Positions 43,666 through 53,267 of a stretch of 64,000 bases of DNA are shown piece by piece; position 1 is the stretch's first letter, and every line of letters starts with the position of its first letter. The DNA lies in NCBI GenBank assembly GCA_046726175.1, contig JBKPAC010000100.1:4202-68201 (forward strand), read 5' to 3'. This DNA is from Acidobacteriota bacterium. Its GTDB lineage: Bacteria > Acidobacteriota > Blastocatellia > Pyrinomonadales > Pyrinomonadaceae. The notes under the pieces were generated by a model, which did not search any database, had not been told where the DNA came from, and was given only the letters and a program-made list of their open reading frames with translations. Both the position numbers and the translations under genes were made by a program.

Positions 43666-46600
43666 ATGAAACGAGCACCTCTGTCACTTCCGATCAAGCA
43701 GCTCTTTGTCTTTCTGATCACCTGCGCTCTCATTTTCGTTTGTGCCGGTCAGCAGAAAATCGCGCTTTCGCAAAAGCAAAGCGAAACAGCAAAGAAGAGC
43801 GAGACGTCCGCCGGAGCGAGCTCAAGTACAACTACGAAAAGTCCAAGCGTCCTCTACGCAGAGAAAATCAAAGAGTACACAACTGAGTCCTACTTTGTGA
43901 CAGAACTCGTTGATCACCTGCCGATCTCCGACAAGGTACCGTCGCCCGACAAAGTTTTGGGCTACGTTATCGGTACGCCGAACAAACTAACCTATTCGAA
44001 AGATCTTTATCGCTACTATCGCGCTCTCGCAGGAGCGTCGAATCGTGTACGCGTGTTCTCAGCACCGGAAAAGTCGGAACAGGGAAAAGAGCAGATCCTC
44101 GTTGCGGTCGGGGATGAAGCGGCGATGGCAAAGCTTGATCGATACAAAGAGATTACGGCAAAGCTCGCAGACCCGCGGAAGGTCACGGAAGCCGAAGCAC
44201 AGAGTCTGATTGGCGAAGGCAAGATCTTTTATTGGGCGTCGGGTTCAATCCACTCTCCGGAAACTGGTTCGCCTGAAATGTTGATGGAGCTTGCATATCG
44301 ATTGGCAGTTGAGGAGAGCCCGTTCATCCAGGCCATCCGCAAGAGTGTCATCGTGCTGATCACGCCGGTGCTGGAAGTTGATGGTCGCGACAACATGGTC
44401 GATGTTTACAACTATCGCAAGGCCAACCCGGGTAAAAACTCGCCTCCGCTGATCTACTGGGGAAAGTACGTTGCACATGACAACAATCGCGATGGACTCG
44501 GCATGGCGCTCGCGTTGACGCGGAACATGATGAAGACATTCCTCGAGTATCACCCTGCGATTCTTCACGACCTGCACGAATCGGTTCCGTTTCTTTACAC
44601 GTCGACTGGAACGGGGCCTTACAACGCTTGGCTCGATCCAATAACCGTCGATGAGTGGCAGCTCCTGGCTTATCACGAAATCGAAGAGATGACGAAGCGT
44701 GGAATCCCCGGAGTGTGGACGCACGGTTTCTACGACGGCTGGGCGCCTAACTACATGTTCTACGTAGCGAACGGTCACAACGCGATTGGACGTTTCTATG
44801 AAACATTCGGCAACGGCGGCGCCGATACGATGGATCGCACTGTTACGCAGCAGGCCCAGCGAGACTGGTACAGGCCTAATCCGCCGCAGCCGCGAGTAAA
44901 GTGGTCCATTCGAAACAACATTAACATGCAGCAATCTGCATTGTTGCTGGCCATGAATTTCGTAGCCAACAACAAGGACCGCTTCCTGAACAACTTCTAC
45001 ATCAAGAGCAAACGGGCGCTTGCCAAGGCCACGAACGAGGGTCCGGCTGCTTATGTGATACCGGGCAACCAGTCGAGATTGGTTGAGGCTGCCGATATGG
45101 TGAACCTGCTGCGACTCATGGGTGTGGAAGTTCACACCGCGCAGAAAGAAATCACAGTTAAAGATCAGAAGTTCCCGGCGGGCTCGTACGTCGTGAGGAT
45201 GGACCAGCCCTACTCGCGAATGGCTGACATGTTGATGGATACGCAGTACTACAACGTCAACGATCCGCGCCCATATGACGATACGGGGTGGACTTTGGGT
45301 GCGCTGCGCAACGTTAAGACGCTGCGTGTTACCGATAAAGAAATACTGAAAGCGTCGATGACGCTGTTGACTGCTGACGCGCGCGTCACTGGGAAGATAA
45401 CCGGTTCTGCTTCGACTGCGGGCTACATCATCAATCACAACACTGACAACACGCTGGCGACTTTTCGCTTCAAGTTGAAAGACGTGAAGATGAGCGCCGC
45501 TGAAGATTCATTCAAGATTGGTGATCAGCAATTTAATGCCGGCTCGTTCATCATCAAGACCGAAGGGAATCCTGCTGACGTTCGGAAGACTCTCGAAGAA
45601 GCCGTGACTGAGCTAGGCTTGACGGCCCTGGCGGTCGACAAACTGCCTGAAGTGAAGATGCACAACCTGGCTGTGCCGCGAATCGCCATTCTGCATACCT
45701 GGACAAATACGCAGAACGAAGGATGGTATCGAATCGAGTTCGACAGGTTGAAGATTCCCTATTCGTATATTTCTGATCAGGTTGTGCGGAACACTTCCAA
45801 CCTGAAGGACCAATACGACGTAATTATCTTTCCGCCCCTCGGTGGTTCAGCTCAGGCGATCGTCAATGGAATTCCCATGCGTGGCGATCCGATTCCATGG
45901 AAACAAACCGACGTCACTCCCAATCTCGGCATGTCGCCCGATACCAGCGACGATATCCGTGGAGGGATGGGAATCGCCGGGGTGATGAACTTGCAAAAGT
46001 TTGTGACCGACGGTGGTCTCTTCATGGTAATTACAAACAACTCGCGCATTCCGATCGACTATGGCATCACATCGGGTGTTTCAATTCAGGAGCCGCGCCA
46101 ACTTCAAGCGCGCGGTTCTGTATTCAATGCCCGGTTCACCGACCGCAAGAGTCCGATCGCATACGGATATGACGAGACGTTGCCGATCTATTTCAATCAG
46201 GCGCCACTGTTCCAGGTCGCGACCGGTGCAGGAGGTGGCGGATTTGGTGGTGGCGGCGGGGGCGGAGAAGGAGCTGGTGGTGCAGCTGCTCAACGTCCAT
46301 CGGGTCGCGGTGGTGTAAACGATCCCGACATTGTTCAGGGAATGCCACTCGCAGCGCCGGCGCCGCCAAGGCAATCGGGTGAAGATCAAATTACCGATGA
46401 GCAACGACAGCAACTCGGTCCTTTCTTTACGCCGCCGGCCCAGCGACCTCGTGTGGTGCTGAGATTTGCATCGGACGAACGTAATCTGCTCGTCAGCGGT
46501 ATGCTCGCCGGTGCATCAGAGTTGGCCAATGCACCCGCGATAGTTGATGTGCCCGTCGGCAAAGGACACGTTTTGATGTTTGCAAACAACCCGATGTGGC

Positions 46601-46731
46601 GACATCAAACGCAGGGGAGTTTCTTCCTGGTATTCAACGCGGCGCTGAACTTCGATTCACTGAATACTGAGCGTGACGCTCCGCCTCCGCGACGCGCCAA
46701 CAATTCGTCAGCGGAAGATGATCAGAAATAG
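43666..46731 (+). CDS. M14-family zinc carboxypeptidase-like large secreted protein with Gly-rich insert
   Basis: Signal peptide is present. GSIHSPETGSPEMLMELAYRL provides the HxxE zinc-ligand block. The Gly run is GAGGGGFGGGGGGGEGAGG. 1021 aa. Confidence 0.7.
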   Translation: MKRAPLSLPIKQLFVFLITCALIFVCAGQQKIALSQKQSETAKKSETSAGASSSTTTKSPSVLYAEKIKEYTTESYFVTELVDHLPISDKVPSPDKVLGYVIGTPNKLTYSKDLYRYYRALAGASNRVRVFSAPEKSEQGKEQILVAVGDEAAMAKLDRYKEITAKLADPRKVTEAEAQSLIGEGKIFYWASGSIHSPETGSPEMLMELAYRLAVEESPFIQAIRKSVIVLITPVLEVDGRDNMVDVYNYRKANPGKNSPPLIYWGKYVAHDNNRDGLGMALALTRNMMKTFLEYHPAILHDLHESVPFLYTSTGTGPYNAWLDPITVDEWQLLAYHEIEEMTKRGIPGVWTHGFYDGWAPNYMFYVANGHNAIGRFYETFGNGGADTMDRTVTQQAQRDWYRPNPPQPRVKWSIRNNINMQQSALLLAMNFVANNKDRFLNNFYIKSKRALAKATNEGPAAYVIPGNQSRLVEAADMVNLLRLMGVEVHTAQKEITVKDQKFPAGSYVVRMDQPYSRMADMLMDTQYYNVNDPRPYDDTGWTLGALRNVKTLRVTDKEILKASMTLLTADARVTGKITGSASTAGYIINHNTDNTLATFRFKLKDVKMSAAEDSFKIGDQQFNAGSFIIKTEGNPADVRKTLEEAVTELGLTALAVDKLPEVKMHNLAVPRIAILHTWTNTQNEGWYRIEFDRLKIPYSYISDQVVRNTSNLKDQYDVIIFPPLGGSAQAIVNGIPMRGDPIPWKQTDVTPNLGMSPDTSDDIRGGMGIAGVMNLQKFVTDGGLFMVITNNSRIPIDYGITSGVSIQEPRQLQARGSVFNARFTDRKSPIAYGYDETLPIYFNQAPLFQVATGAGGGGFGGGGGGGEGAGGAAAQRPSGRGGVNDPDIVQGMPLAAPAPPRQSGEDQITDEQRQQLGPFFTPPAQRPRVVLRFASDERNLLVSGMLAGASELANAPAIVDVPVGKGHVLMFANNPMWRHQTQGSFFLVFNAALNFDSLNTERDAPPPRRANNSSAEDDQK

Positions 46732-46771
46732 AAGTCGAAAGAGCTGCGAGCGGTAAGGCGGAATCAAATCC

Positions 46772-46826
46772 TTTTATCATTTCTCATTTGACATTTCTCA
46801 TTTGTCATTTCGTGTATTTTCGTGGA
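46772..46826 (+). repeat. Composite element (TTTGACATTTCTCATTTG.. plus ..TTTTCGTGGAC), left copy flanking the amine-oxidase/OMT cassette
   Basis: ttttatcatttctcatttgacatttctcatttgtcatttcgtgtattttcgtggac. Its 3' end supplies the GTG start at 46822. Confidence 0.75.
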
Positions 46827-48015
46827 CCGGCGGCAGTTTCTTAAGAATGGAGTTCTGGCAGCGGGAGGAGCTTCGCTTGCGCCGCGATTACTCTTCTCGC
46901 GGGCGACCAGCTGTTCCGCGCCAGGGAAAAAAGTACTGATTCTTGGTGCGGGTCTGGCGGGGCTTGTTGCCGGCCATGAATTGTCGCAGGCAGGCCACGA
47001 CGTAACTATCCTCGAAGCGCGAATGCGCGCGGGTGGTCGCGTTCATACTCTCCGCGAGAATTTTTCCGACGGGCTTTACGCAGAGGCGGGCGCTGCTCGC
47101 ATTCCCGATAATCACAATCTAACCCTCAAGTACGTCAAGCTGTTCAATCTGCCGCTCGAACCCATGTACCCGAATCGTCTGTCATCGCTTCGATTCGATG
47201 GCGGCACACGCAGAGAAGTCGGGATTGACGGTTTCACCGAAGCTCTCGGCGATGCGTTGGGCGCCGATCTTGGAGGTAACCCAACGAAGTGGTCCAAGAT
47301 CCAGGGTGGAAGCGATCTGCTGCCGAAAGCCTTCGCCAAAAAGTTGTCAGAAAAGATCTACTACGGCTGTGCGGTTGTGCGGATCGAACAGGACCCTAGC
47401 GGCGCGCGTGTATTCTTCAAACGAGCCGGCCGCGTCGAATCGATGACCGCGGATCGCGTTCTCTGCACCATTCCATATTCCGTGCTGCGAGGAATAGAAC
47501 TCCCGCCAACCTTCTCAGAACGCAAACGGGATTTGATCCAGAACCTCGAATACGTTTCAGTCGCAAGAGTGTACGTGCAAACCAGGACGAGGTTCTGGGA
47601 AGCCAAAGGTCTTAACGGGTTTGCTTTGACTAGAGACCTGGTGGAGATTTGGCACCCTACCTGGAGCCAACCTGGACGCCGAGGAATCTTAATGACGTAC
47701 GCTCGGTTTGCACCGGGTGATCGTATCGGCGCAATGAATCAGAACGACAGGATCAGTTCAACTGTGGACCAACTGGAAAACATCTACCCGGGACTTCGCG
47801 ATCAGTTCGAAGGTGGTTGCAGCAAATACTGGGGTGAGGATGAATGGTCCAAAGGCGCGTGGGCCGGCATTGGGCTCAGAGAACTGCTTTTTGCGTCATC
47901 GCCTGAGGGCAGAGTACATTTCGCGGGCGAGCACTTGTCTCTGTTTCCTTCATGGATGCAGGGCGCACTCGTCTCTGGCGTTCGCGCCGTTAAAGAGATC
48001 GTCGAAGCTCCATAA
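46822..48015 (+). CDS. Flavin-dependent amine oxidase (Tat-exported)
   Basis: Twin-arginine motif [25 protein letters not shown] provides the GxGxxG FAD motif. HFAGEH is present near the C-terminus. Confidence 0.8.
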   Translation: MDRRQFLKNGVLAAGGASLAPRLLFSRATSCSAPGKKVLILGAGLAGLVAGHELSQAGHDVTILEARMRAGGRVHTLRENFSDGLYAEAGAARIPDNHNLTLKYVKLFNLPLEPMYPNRLSSLRFDGGTRREVGIDGFTEALGDALGADLGGNPTKWSKIQGGSDLLPKAFAKKLSEKIYYGCAVVRIEQDPSGARVFFKRAGRVESMTADRVLCTIPYSVLRGIELPPTFSERKRDLIQNLEYVSVARVYVQTRTRFWEAKGLNGFALTRDLVEIWHPTWSQPGRRGILMTYARFAPGDRIGAMNQNDRISSTVDQLENIYPGLRDQFEGGCSKYWGEDEWSKGAWAGIGLRELLFASSPEGRVHFAGEHLSLFPSWMQGALVSGVRAVKEIVEAP

Positions 48016-48037
48016 TCCAATTCAGGAGAGATCAATC

Positions 48038-49057
48038 TTGTCCAATCAAACCGCTATTACTCCAGAACGAATCATGCAAATAGGTCTCGGGTTCTGGGGA
48101 TCCAAAGTACTGTTGAGCGCAATCGAGCTGGGTGTGTTCTCAGAACTCGCCAAAGATCCGTTGACCGTCGAACAAGTGACAATGCGACTAAAGCTCCATC
48201 CGCGTGGCACACGCGATTTCCTGGATGCGTTAGTTGGGCTTGGCATGTTGGAGCGCGAGAATGGCCGGTACCGCAATAGTGCTGAGAGCGACCAGTTTCT
48301 CGTTCGCGATAAACGTTCCTACCTCGGTGGAATGCTCGAGATGGCGAACGAGCGACTATATCCGTTCTGGGGTTCGTTGACTGAGGCTCTGCAAACCGGA
48401 CAGCCGCAGAACGAGATGAAGACCGGCGGCGCTGGACTGTTTGAAGCAGTGTATGGGGATCCAGAGCGTTTGCGGCTCTTTCTCGGTGCTATGACAGGAC
48501 TGAGCATGGGAGCATCGAAAGCGATTGCCGCGAAGTTTCCCTGGTCCAAGTACAACACGGTGGTTGACGTGGGTGGAGCCCAGGGCGGACTGCTCGTTGA
48601 GTTATGTCTTACTCATTCTCACCTGCGCGGGTTCAACTTTGACTTGCCGGTTGTTGGCCCGATCTTTCAAGAGTACGTGAAGACGAATCAGTTGGAAGAT
48701 CGGCTTCAGTTTCTGCCGGGCAGTTTCTTTGAAGACGAGATTCCTTCAGCCGACGTCATTACGATGGGTCACATTCTTCACGATTGGGATATGGACCAAA
48801 AGCGGATGTTGTTGGAGAAGGCGTATCGGGCTCTGCCCGAAGGTGGCGCTTTGATAGTTTTTGAAGCGCTTATTGACGACGCGCGAAAGGAAAATGTTTT
48901 TGGTCTGCTGATGAGCCTCAACATGCTGATCGAAACTCCGGGTGGATTCGACTACACAGGCAAAGACTGCTCCGGGTGGATGCGGGAAGCAGGCTTTCGC
49001 GAGACGCGCGTCGAGCATCTCTCCGGCCCGGATTCGATGGTTGTAGGAATCAAATGA
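48038..49057 (+). CDS. Class I SAM-dependent O-methyltransferase (family 2, with dimerisation domain)
   Basis: TTG 48038 lies 9 nt after AGGAGAG. An alternative start is ATG 48074. [10 protein letters not shown] is SAM motif I. MGHILHDW and [10 protein letters not shown] are also present. The ORF-track extension to 47813 overlaps the upstream gene. Confidence 0.75.
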   Translation: MSNQTAITPERIMQIGLGFWGSKVLLSAIELGVFSELAKDPLTVEQVTMRLKLHPRGTRDFLDALVGLGMLERENGRYRNSAESDQFLVRDKRSYLGGMLEMANERLYPFWGSLTEALQTGQPQNEMKTGGAGLFEAVYGDPERLRLFLGAMTGLSMGASKAIAAKFPWSKYNTVVDVGGAQGGLLVELCLTHSHLRGFNFDLPVVGPIFQEYVKTNQLEDRLQFLPGSFFEDEIPSADVITMGHILHDWDMDQKRMLLEKAYRALPEGGALIVFEALIDDARKENVFGLLMSLNMLIETPGGFDYTGKDCSGWMREAGFRETRVEHLSGPDSMVVGIK

Positions 49058-49071
49058 GGTGCGTTTCAAAA

Positions 49072-49219
49072 CCCATTTGTCATTGGTCGTTTGACATTCT
49101 CATTTCATCTCGCGGGCCAGGTTTGTGTGAATTCGTGGATCCCATTGTCCATCACGATCCGCGAATTCACACGAAAGAAATGGAAAATGAGAGATGACAA
49201 ACGACGAATGATAAATAGG
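49072..49219. repeat. Composite nested hairpin: outer TTTGACATTCTCATTT / AAATGGAAAATGAGAGATGACAAACG arms, inner GTGTGAATTCGTGGATC / GATCCGCGAATTCACAC arms
   Basis: The left half (49072-49141) is a direct repeat of 46772-46826. The right half (49157-49219) is its inverted partner. Confidence 0.8.
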
Positions 49220-49351
49220 TCTCTCCTCTCTCCTCATACGTCTGGTCTCGACCGTCTTGCGCCATGAGCCGCTAAACCCTAACAGGGAACGAAGTGGTTC
49301 CTCCCCTCGTAGAACAGGTGCTAGAATGACTTTGCAGTTTGGAGGTGTGGC

Positions 49352-49639
49352 ATGGAGCCAGAGACGTCTGATGTGAGGGAGCCAATTGATCGGTGCGTGA
49401 AAGCCTTTCTGGACGCCGCCCGGTATGCCGGGGATGTTTCCTACGCCGTGCTCCCGAGAGATGTGGCACATAGTCTTGGCGACCTAAAAAAGTCCATCCT
49501 GAACGCGCTGAAATCTTGCGCCGACAAGGAAATCCAATGGATCGACGAACGCGTGGCCGGCGGCGATCGTCTGCGGGAAGAATGGCAGCAGGCTTGCCGA
49601 ACAAAAACGACGGAGGGAACCGGAGAACCGGTCAACTGA
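49352..49639 (+). CDS. Hypothetical 95-aa protein upstream of ispH
   Basis: ATG is preceded by GGAGGTG at proper spacing. The gene ends 9 nt before ispH. I recognised no motif. Confidence 0.5.
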   Translation: MEPETSDVREPIDRCVKAFLDAARYAGDVSYAVLPRDVAHSLGDLKKSILNALKSCADKEIQWIDERVAGGDRLREEWQQACRTKTTEGTGEPVN

Positions 49640-49648
49640 AAACAGCCT

Positions 49649-50497
49649 ATGGAAGTCTTACTTGCTGAGGAATATGGCTTCTGTTTTGGCGTCGAGCGCG
49701 CCGTCGAGATGGTGGAAGACGCACTGGATGAAGGCGTCCGACCTATCCGTTCACTTGGGCCTTTGATCCACAACGCACAGGAGATGGAGCGGCTGGGAGC
49801 GAAGGGCGTCTCGACGATTGATTCTCCTGCCGAAGCGGATGGCGACACGATCGCAGTTATCCGGGCGCATGGCGTAACTCCACAGGTCCAGCGAGAACTC
49901 GAAGCGCGCGCCGCAAAAGTCGTCGATGCAACATGTCCGTTTGTGACTCGGGTGCAGCATCTTGCCGAGCGCGCTGCAAAACAAGGTAGAGACGTTGTCG
50001 TCGCCGGTAATCCGGACCATCCGGAGATGATCGGCGTGGTTGGCTACGCACCGGACAATACCTACGTCGTTCGCGATGCCGATGAAGTCGCCAAGTTGCC
50101 GCAACTCCGTGCTCCTCTCGTTGTGTCGCAAACCACGATCAAGCTAAAGACATTTCTGGAAGTTGCGGAGGCTGTTCGCGCTAAGACCGACACAGAACCT
50201 CAGGTTGTAAATACGATTTGTTCAGCTACTCGTGACCGGCAGGATGCAGCTCGAGCTCTCGCAGGGCAGGTTGATGTTTTCTATGTCATCGGCGGGCGGC
50301 ATTCGTCGAACAGTGTGAAGCTGCTCGCAGTTTGTCAGGAGCAGTGTGAGAAGAGCTTCCTGATCGAAACGCCTGCAGAAATCAATCCTGATGACGTCGC
50401 AGGCGCCGAGCGAGTCGGAGTAACCGCTGGGGCATCAACGCCAAATTGGTTGATTGATCGAGTAGTGGCGAGACTTAAAGAAATAGGGACTAATTAA
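49649..50497 (+). CDS. ispH: 4-hydroxy-3-methylbut-2-enyl diphosphate reductase
   Basis: MEVLLAEEYGFCFGVERAV start. The conserved Cys contexts DATCPFV and NTICSAT are present, as is HSSNS. Confidence 0.9.
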   Translation: MEVLLAEEYGFCFGVERAVEMVEDALDEGVRPIRSLGPLIHNAQEMERLGAKGVSTIDSPAEADGDTIAVIRAHGVTPQVQRELEARAAKVVDATCPFVTRVQHLAERAAKQGRDVVVAGNPDHPEMIGVVGYAPDNTYVVRDADEVAKLPQLRAPLVVSQTTIKLKTFLEVAEAVRAKTDTEPQVVNTICSATRDRQDAARALAGQVDVFYVIGGRHSSNSVKLLAVCQEQCEKSFLIETPAEINPDDVAGAERVGVTAGASTPNWLIDRVVARLKEIGTN

Positions 50498-50502
50498 GTC
50501 AG

Positions 50503-50580
50503 AACCGAACAATTTCCGATTTTCGATTTCTGATTTTCGATTTATCGATACCAACAATCGAAAATCAACAATCGGCAATC
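50503..50580. repeat. Palindromic hairpin with CGAAAATCG-word arms centred on ATCGAT
   Basis: tttccgattttcgatttctgattttcgatttatcgata / ccaacaatcgaaaatcaacaatcggcaatcgaaaatcgat. Confidence 0.85.
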
Positions 50581-50590
50581 GAAAATCGAT

Positions 50591-51190
50591 TCACTCAAAG
50601 CTCTGAAGAGCATTCACGATCTGTCTTGCCTCTTCAGACCCGTACTCAATGACCTGCCGCCGGAGAGCATCTCGAGCCACATCCATATCTACAGGATCTC
50701 CAAGCAACGACATCAAGACTGCAGTTGGGAAGCGAGCTAAAGCTTCATTAGCGAGTTCCCGTACGAATAAATCCTCAGATCGCGCGAGTTCGCAAATCTC
50801 ACTCGGCGCAAAACGAGTGGTGAGCGCATCTGCCATGGCATCGATCCGTTTGTAGTCACGCTGTTGCCGGGCGCGGCGAACCAGTTGAACGAATACTTCA
50901 GCGGATTGAGTCTTGTCCTGGAGAACCGACGCACATGTGTCGGCGACCATTCGCATGCGTGTTTGCCGTTCCGCATCGCCAGCTTCCGCGGCTTGATCGT
51001 CAAGCGTAGCGAGGAAACGACTGAGCTCCAGATCGGCACACGAGTCGTAAGGAACATTTCGGGTCGGCAGGGAAGAGCCGTGGGGCAGTTGCAAAGCGCG
51101 CTCAACCAGCCCTCTGGTTGCTGGTCGAAGTTCCGACCAGACAGTTGCTACGCGGCCACCAAAGTCCTCAATGATTAAAGACAAGTTCAA
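50591..51190 (-). CDS. Hypothetical protein (alpha-helical)
   Basis: The frame is open for 199 codons from a TTG start. I recognised no motif, and the start is uncertain. Confidence 0.45.
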   Translation of the reverse strand: MNLSLIIEDFGGRVATVWSELRPATRGLVERALQLPHGSSLPTRNVPYDSCADLELSRFLATLDDQAAEAGDAERQTRMRMVADTCASVLQDKTQSAEVFVQLVRRARQQRDYKRIDAMADALTTRFAPSEICELARSEDLFVRELANEALARFPTAVLMSLLGDPVDMDVARDALRRQVIEYGSEEARQIVNALQSFE

Positions 51191-51239
51191 TTTCCTTCAA
51201 TAGTCTGAGTGCGATGACAATTTCAGAACGGCGTAATAT

Positions 51240-51314
51240 ACGTCGTAACTCGTGAATCGTAAATCATGAATCGCACAATCGTGAACGGCACCACGATTTA
51301 CAATTTACGATTTA
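51240..51314. repeat. Inverted-repeat hairpin with CGTGAATCGTAAAT-word arms
   Basis: tcgtgaatcgtaaatcatgaatcgcacaatcgtg ... cacgatttacaatttacgatttattaatcacga. Confidence 0.8.
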
Positions 51315-51318
51315 TTAA

Positions 51319-51540
51319 TCACGATTTGTTGTGATCCTTGATTTCGGCGATTGTGGGGAAAGGGATCTTGACGATCTCGCCGTTGGGGCATTCAACCTTC
51401 ACGCTCGGAGTCGTTAAAGCCTGCGTTGTCTTCATACTGCGGATGATCCCGCGCACTCTCTTGCCGTCGGTCGTAATTATCTCGACATTGCTCTTACCGT
51501 AGAGCGGCTGAAGCGCCGCGAGGGCCTTGCTAATTTCCAC
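51319..51540 (-). CDS. Hypothetical small protein (73 aa)
   Basis: GTG 51540 lies 7 nt downstream of GGAGGA. The longer ORF-track version (to 51759) runs through a repeat hairpin. Confidence 0.4.
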   Translation of the reverse strand: MEISKALAALQPLYGKSNVEIITTDGKRVRGIIRSMKTTQALTTPSVKVECPNGEIVKIPFPTIAEIKDHNKS

Positions 51541-51652
51541 CTTCCGATCCTCCGCGATCAGTGTTCCGAGGACTCCCACATCAGATATTGCACGTTGCCG
51601 GCGCGGATGTCTACAAGCCGTCAGAACCTTACTGGGTCGAGTCGGGTCCTGC

Positions 51653-51731
51653 AATTTCCGATTGTCGATTTCCGATTTTCGATTTGCCCCAGAGGGCAGC
51701 AATCGAAAATCGGCAATCGCCAAATCGGCAA
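51653..51731. repeat. Inverted-repeat hairpin with CGAAAATCG-word arms
   Basis: aatttccgattgtcgatttccgattttcgatttgcccc agag ggcagcaatcgaaaatcggcaatcgccaaatcggca. Confidence 0.85.
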
Positions 51732-51933
51732 TAACCTGGATTGAGTTCCCTTTTCGCATCGGTTAGGCTGTGACCGGAATGCAACCACAAGCCTGGCTTT
51801 CGCGTATAGCCCAATGACCTGCGTGGTCAAAGATTTGTCGTTGTGCCGGCTAAATAAAGAAACTAAACGCGAGTAGGTAGCCGATAGGCATTTGTCACAA
51901 TCGCACCTACCCTGCATGATTGGGTGAATTCTC

Positions 51934-52929
51934 ATGTCGCAGAATCCCGGAATTCCTCTCGATTCGTCTATGCCACAAAACGTGACGTCCTGTGCGAATT
52001 GTCACACGCCGATGCCTAGCGGGCTGCGCTTTTGCCGCAACTGCGGTTACCGGCTCGGTGAAGGAGCTGCCGAATATACAGAAACGGTACGCTTTCCGAA
52101 TGGGCAACATCCGGCAGGGGTTAGGCCAACAGCCGGGCATGACCCGCTGGTGACGTCATACGGCCTGTCGAGTGCTGGTGTGACCGCACAGTCGGGCAAG
52201 TGCCTAGCGCGGAAGCGCAAGGTCAGCGGCATGACTTGGATTTTTCTAAGTTTGCTGGGTTTCTTTCTCGTGGCAGGCGTGTTCACAGCTCTGTTTGCTC
52301 CGCGCCGCGCATTCAACCCACCCGGCATAGTCCAGTCGGCAACGCCGCGATCTTTCTTTGGAGTTGATGGTTTTGAAGATAGCGAAGCCGGGGTAACTTT
52401 CGACGATGTTGAGCCACCGGATTCGCCTGCCGACAAGGCGGGACTCATCGGCGGCGACATAATCAAGACTTACGACGGACAGAATGTTGAGGACGCCGAC
52501 CGGATGGGTGAGTTGCTACGTAACACACCAGTTGGAAAGACTGTCGATGTTGTCTACGTCCGAGACGGTGAGACGAAGACCACCAAGCTCACCACGATCT
52601 CAAGAGACGACGGCGACAGGCTCGCGAAAGCTTTCGAACGGCGGCCGGAAGGCAAAGGCTACCTTGGGTACAACGGTGGGGAAAGAGTCGAAGTTGAAGG
52701 CACAAAACTTTTTGGCGTCCAGTTGAAAAGAGTTGAGCCAAGCCGCCCAGCAGATCTGTTCGGACTCAAGCCGGATGACATCATCGTTCAGTTTGGGGAC
52801 ACGCCGATTCGGACGGATGAGGAACTCCGAGCCAGAATTCGCCGGACACTCCCCTACACGACGGTTGACATCACTGTGTATCGTGGGACTGAAAAACTGA
52901 AGATTCCGGTGAAGCTCGGCAGGCAATAG
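51934..52929 (+). CDS. Membrane protein with N-terminal zinc ribbon and two PDZ domains
   Basis: CANCHTPMPSGLRFCRNCGYRL is the zinc ribbon. One TM helix follows, then PDZ-like segments (DSPADKAGLIGGDIIKTYDG and SRPADLFGLKPDDIIVQFGD). Confidence 0.7.
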   Translation: MSQNPGIPLDSSMPQNVTSCANCHTPMPSGLRFCRNCGYRLGEGAAEYTETVRFPNGQHPAGVRPTAGHDPLVTSYGLSSAGVTAQSGKCLARKRKVSGMTWIFLSLLGFFLVAGVFTALFAPRRAFNPPGIVQSATPRSFFGVDGFEDSEAGVTFDDVEPPDSPADKAGLIGGDIIKTYDGQNVEDADRMGELLRNTPVGKTVDVVYVRDGETKTTKLTTISRDDGDRLAKAFERRPEGKGYLGYNGGERVEVEGTKLFGVQLKRVEPSRPADLFGLKPDDIIVQFGDTPIRTDEELRARIRRTLPYTTVDITVYRGTEKLKIPVKLGRQ

Positions 52930-52934
52930 CGCAC

Positions 52935-53267
52935 TTAAGAACCCGAAACATATTCTGCCATTCTCGTTTCCATATCCCGCAGAATAGCGTCTCTTGTATC
53001 TCGCTCAGTGGGTTCAATTCGCTCGAACAACGCGTACGGTGTTTCGGCCAGGAGGCGTAATTCCCACGCCTCTGCGCCTCCGTGCGAGGCCCGCGTGAAC
53101 CACAACGCGTCGAAGCCTGATAACTCCGGCTTCACACTGCTAGATAGCAGTTCTATCACTCCGGACAATTCGTCGGCCGTCTCAGCCGTCAGCAGCACGC
53201 GCTTCAGCTCCCACCCGTGCTTTATGTAGGTGGCGGTGATCTCGGCGATTAGGTCAGTCTTTTTCAT
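52935..53267 (-). CDS. Hypothetical 110-aa protein
   Basis: The frame is open. Its start overlaps the stop of the upstream gene by 4 nt (53264-53267), which suggests translational coupling. Confidence 0.5.
   Translation of the reverse strand: MKKTDLIAEITATYIKHGWELKRVLLTAETADELSGVIELLSSSVKPELSGFDALWFTRASHGGAEAWELRLLAETPYALFERIEPTERDTRDAILRDMETRMAEYVSGS

Noticed and set aside
44245-45438. A 397-aa ORF antisense to the M14 peptidase gene. Similar long antisense ORFs occur at 17801-18805, 35754-36407, 29819-30505, 5331-5891 and 59106-59693.
   Set aside because: Each lies fully inside, and opposite to, a gene with clear family motifs. The translations are Arg/Ser/His-rich with no recognisable motif. 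They are typical shadow ORFs of mid- to high-GC coding DNA.
50503-51731. A possible CRISPR array suggested by the repeated cgaaaatcg/gattttcg motifs.
   Set aside because: The repeats are 7-9-nt words arranged as inverted arms, not 25-40-nt direct repeats separated by unique spacers of similar length. No cas genes are present.
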